A stretch of 64,000 nt of DNA from positions 1,267-65,266 of the forward strand of contig QGNO01000004.1 in assembly GCA_003228195.2 (NCBI GenBank), given 5' to 3'. Source of the stretch: Chloroflexota bacterium. Lineage in GTDB: Bacteria; Chloroflexota; Dehalococcoidia; Lucifugimonadales; QGNO01. Shown here piece by piece: positions 62,961 to 64,000 of this stretch (positions are counted from its first letter, which is position 1; each line of letters starts with the position of its first letter). Position numbers and translations under genes: made by a program. The notes under the pieces are model-generated. The model saw only the letters and a program-made list of their open reading frames with translations, searched no databases and was not told where the DNA came from.

Positions 62961-64000
62961 CGGCACGCCGCCTTCTCATGTTAGGTCCGATATTGTATCT
63001 TTCAGCCTTCTTTTTCTATCCGTTACTGACAATCTTAGCTCGCAGCCTTAACACAGGCGATAGTCTAGACATAACTCCTTTTATAAGCATTTTGGGGGAT
63101 TCTTACTATTTAGGTCGTGTTTGGTTTACTATCTGGCAAGCAACAGTGTCCACAGTTGTAACTTTACTGCTTGGGCTACCTATTGCTTACATTTTTGCAC
63201 GGCATGAATTTCGTGGCAAGACAATACTCAGGGCCGCTAGTACCGTACCATTCATAATGCCAACGATAGTAGTGGCAATGGGATTCATTTCTTTGCTTGG
63301 TCCTCAAGGAGCGTTGAATTCCTTACTAATGGATCTATTTGGCTTCGAAAATCCTCCAATCCGAATTTCCAACACTCTGACAATAATATTCATGGCACAT
63401 GCATTCTATAATTACGCAATAGTAGTTAGGGTAGTATCAGCTTTTTGGGCAAACTTAAACCCTAGACTCGAGGAAACAGCCGCTGTACTTGGTGCGAGCA
63501 AACTAAACACATTCATCACTATTACTTTGCCGCTTCTTTTCCCATCGATAATTTCCTCAGCCATCTTAGCCTTCACATTCTCGTTCACATCCTTCGGTGT
63601 GGTACTGGTTCTCGGAGGACCTCAGTTTGCCACCATGGAAGTAGCAACTTACGAACTGACAGCAAAGCTATTCCGACTTGAACTAGCAGGTGCTCTTGCT
63701 ATCATTCAACTATTTTTTACTTACGTGTTCCTGCTGCTATACGCACGGGCCCAAGATAACATAGCTGTTAGATCTGACTTGGTACCGCGTGAGTTCACAA
63801 GAATAAGTAAGAGGAGTGCTAGGCAAAGGGTAGGTTTGATACTTACAATTCTTATGTTGATAACTATTCTGTCACCACTCCTGATATTGATCGAAAGGTC
63901 ACTGACAAGTGTAAATGGCTATTCTCTACATCACTTCAGGAGTTTGTTCGTGAATGCCGACGACTCATATTTTTACCTGACGCCAATTGCAATCATCACC
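62957..64000 (+). CDS. thiP: Thiamine ABC transporter permease, 3'-truncated by the window edge
   Basis: Manual translation FFFYPL, FTIWQA..ST..TL.LGLP.AY, PFIMPT, AHAFYN, LEE.A..LGA and FTSFG..L.LGG. Confidence 0.92.
   Translation, partial: MTARRLLMLGPILYLSAFFFYPLLTILARSLNTGDSLDITPFISILGDSYYLGRVWFTIWQATVSTVVTLLLGLPIAYIFARHEFRGKTILRAASTVPFIMPTIVVAMGFISLLGPQGALNSLLMDLFGFENPPIRISNTLTIIFMAHAFYNYAIVVRVVSAFWANLNPRLEETAAVLGASKLNTFITITLPLLFPSIISSAILAFTFSFTSFGVVLVLGGPQFATMEVATYELTAKLFRLELAGALAIIQLFFTYVFLLLYARAQDNIAVRSDLVPREFTRISKRSARQRVGLILTILMLITILSPLLILIERSLTSVNGYSLHHFRSLFVNADDSYFYLTPIAIIT

Overview
Bacterial chromosomal segment, genetic code 11. It is most consistent with Chloroflexota (Dehalococcoidia/SAR202-like), inferred from gene content and protein style rather than a database search. 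The left end holds a partial typA, then an ~8.6 kb accessory island (about 1485-10108). The island is bounded by a 14-bp direct repeat of the 3' end of tRNA-Leu(CAA), contains degenerate tRNA-Val and tRNA-Ala 3' halves, and carries uup, a GIY-YIG nuclease, amt, YIP1 and an MFS gene but no integrase. The rest is mostly core metabolism: tRNA-Leu/Phe/Gly, speD-speE, trxB, gcvT-H-PA-PB, ccmABCD plus a CxxxY-type ccmE and ccdA, hspR-grpE-dnaK with a HAIR operator, rex, a complete F1Fo ATP synthase operon, pyrR-pyrB-pyrC-carA-X-carB with a PyrR leader, two tandem ACT-domain malic enzymes, orphan coxM/coxS-like genes and a TPP-riboswitch thiB-thiP operon. The most notable observations are two uncharacterised ORFs embedded in the ATP synthase operon (71 aa between atpA and atpG; a 36-aa hydrophobic smORF between atpB and atpE that is absent from the ORF track) with a Rex-like box at the operon promoter, the tRNA-remnant island, an HPRT fused to a PD-(D/E)XK-like domain, an in-frame TGA in a MaoC-type gene, a probable CTG start for amt, and several decayed genes hidden in intergenic DNA. 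All family calls come from motif recognition by eye.
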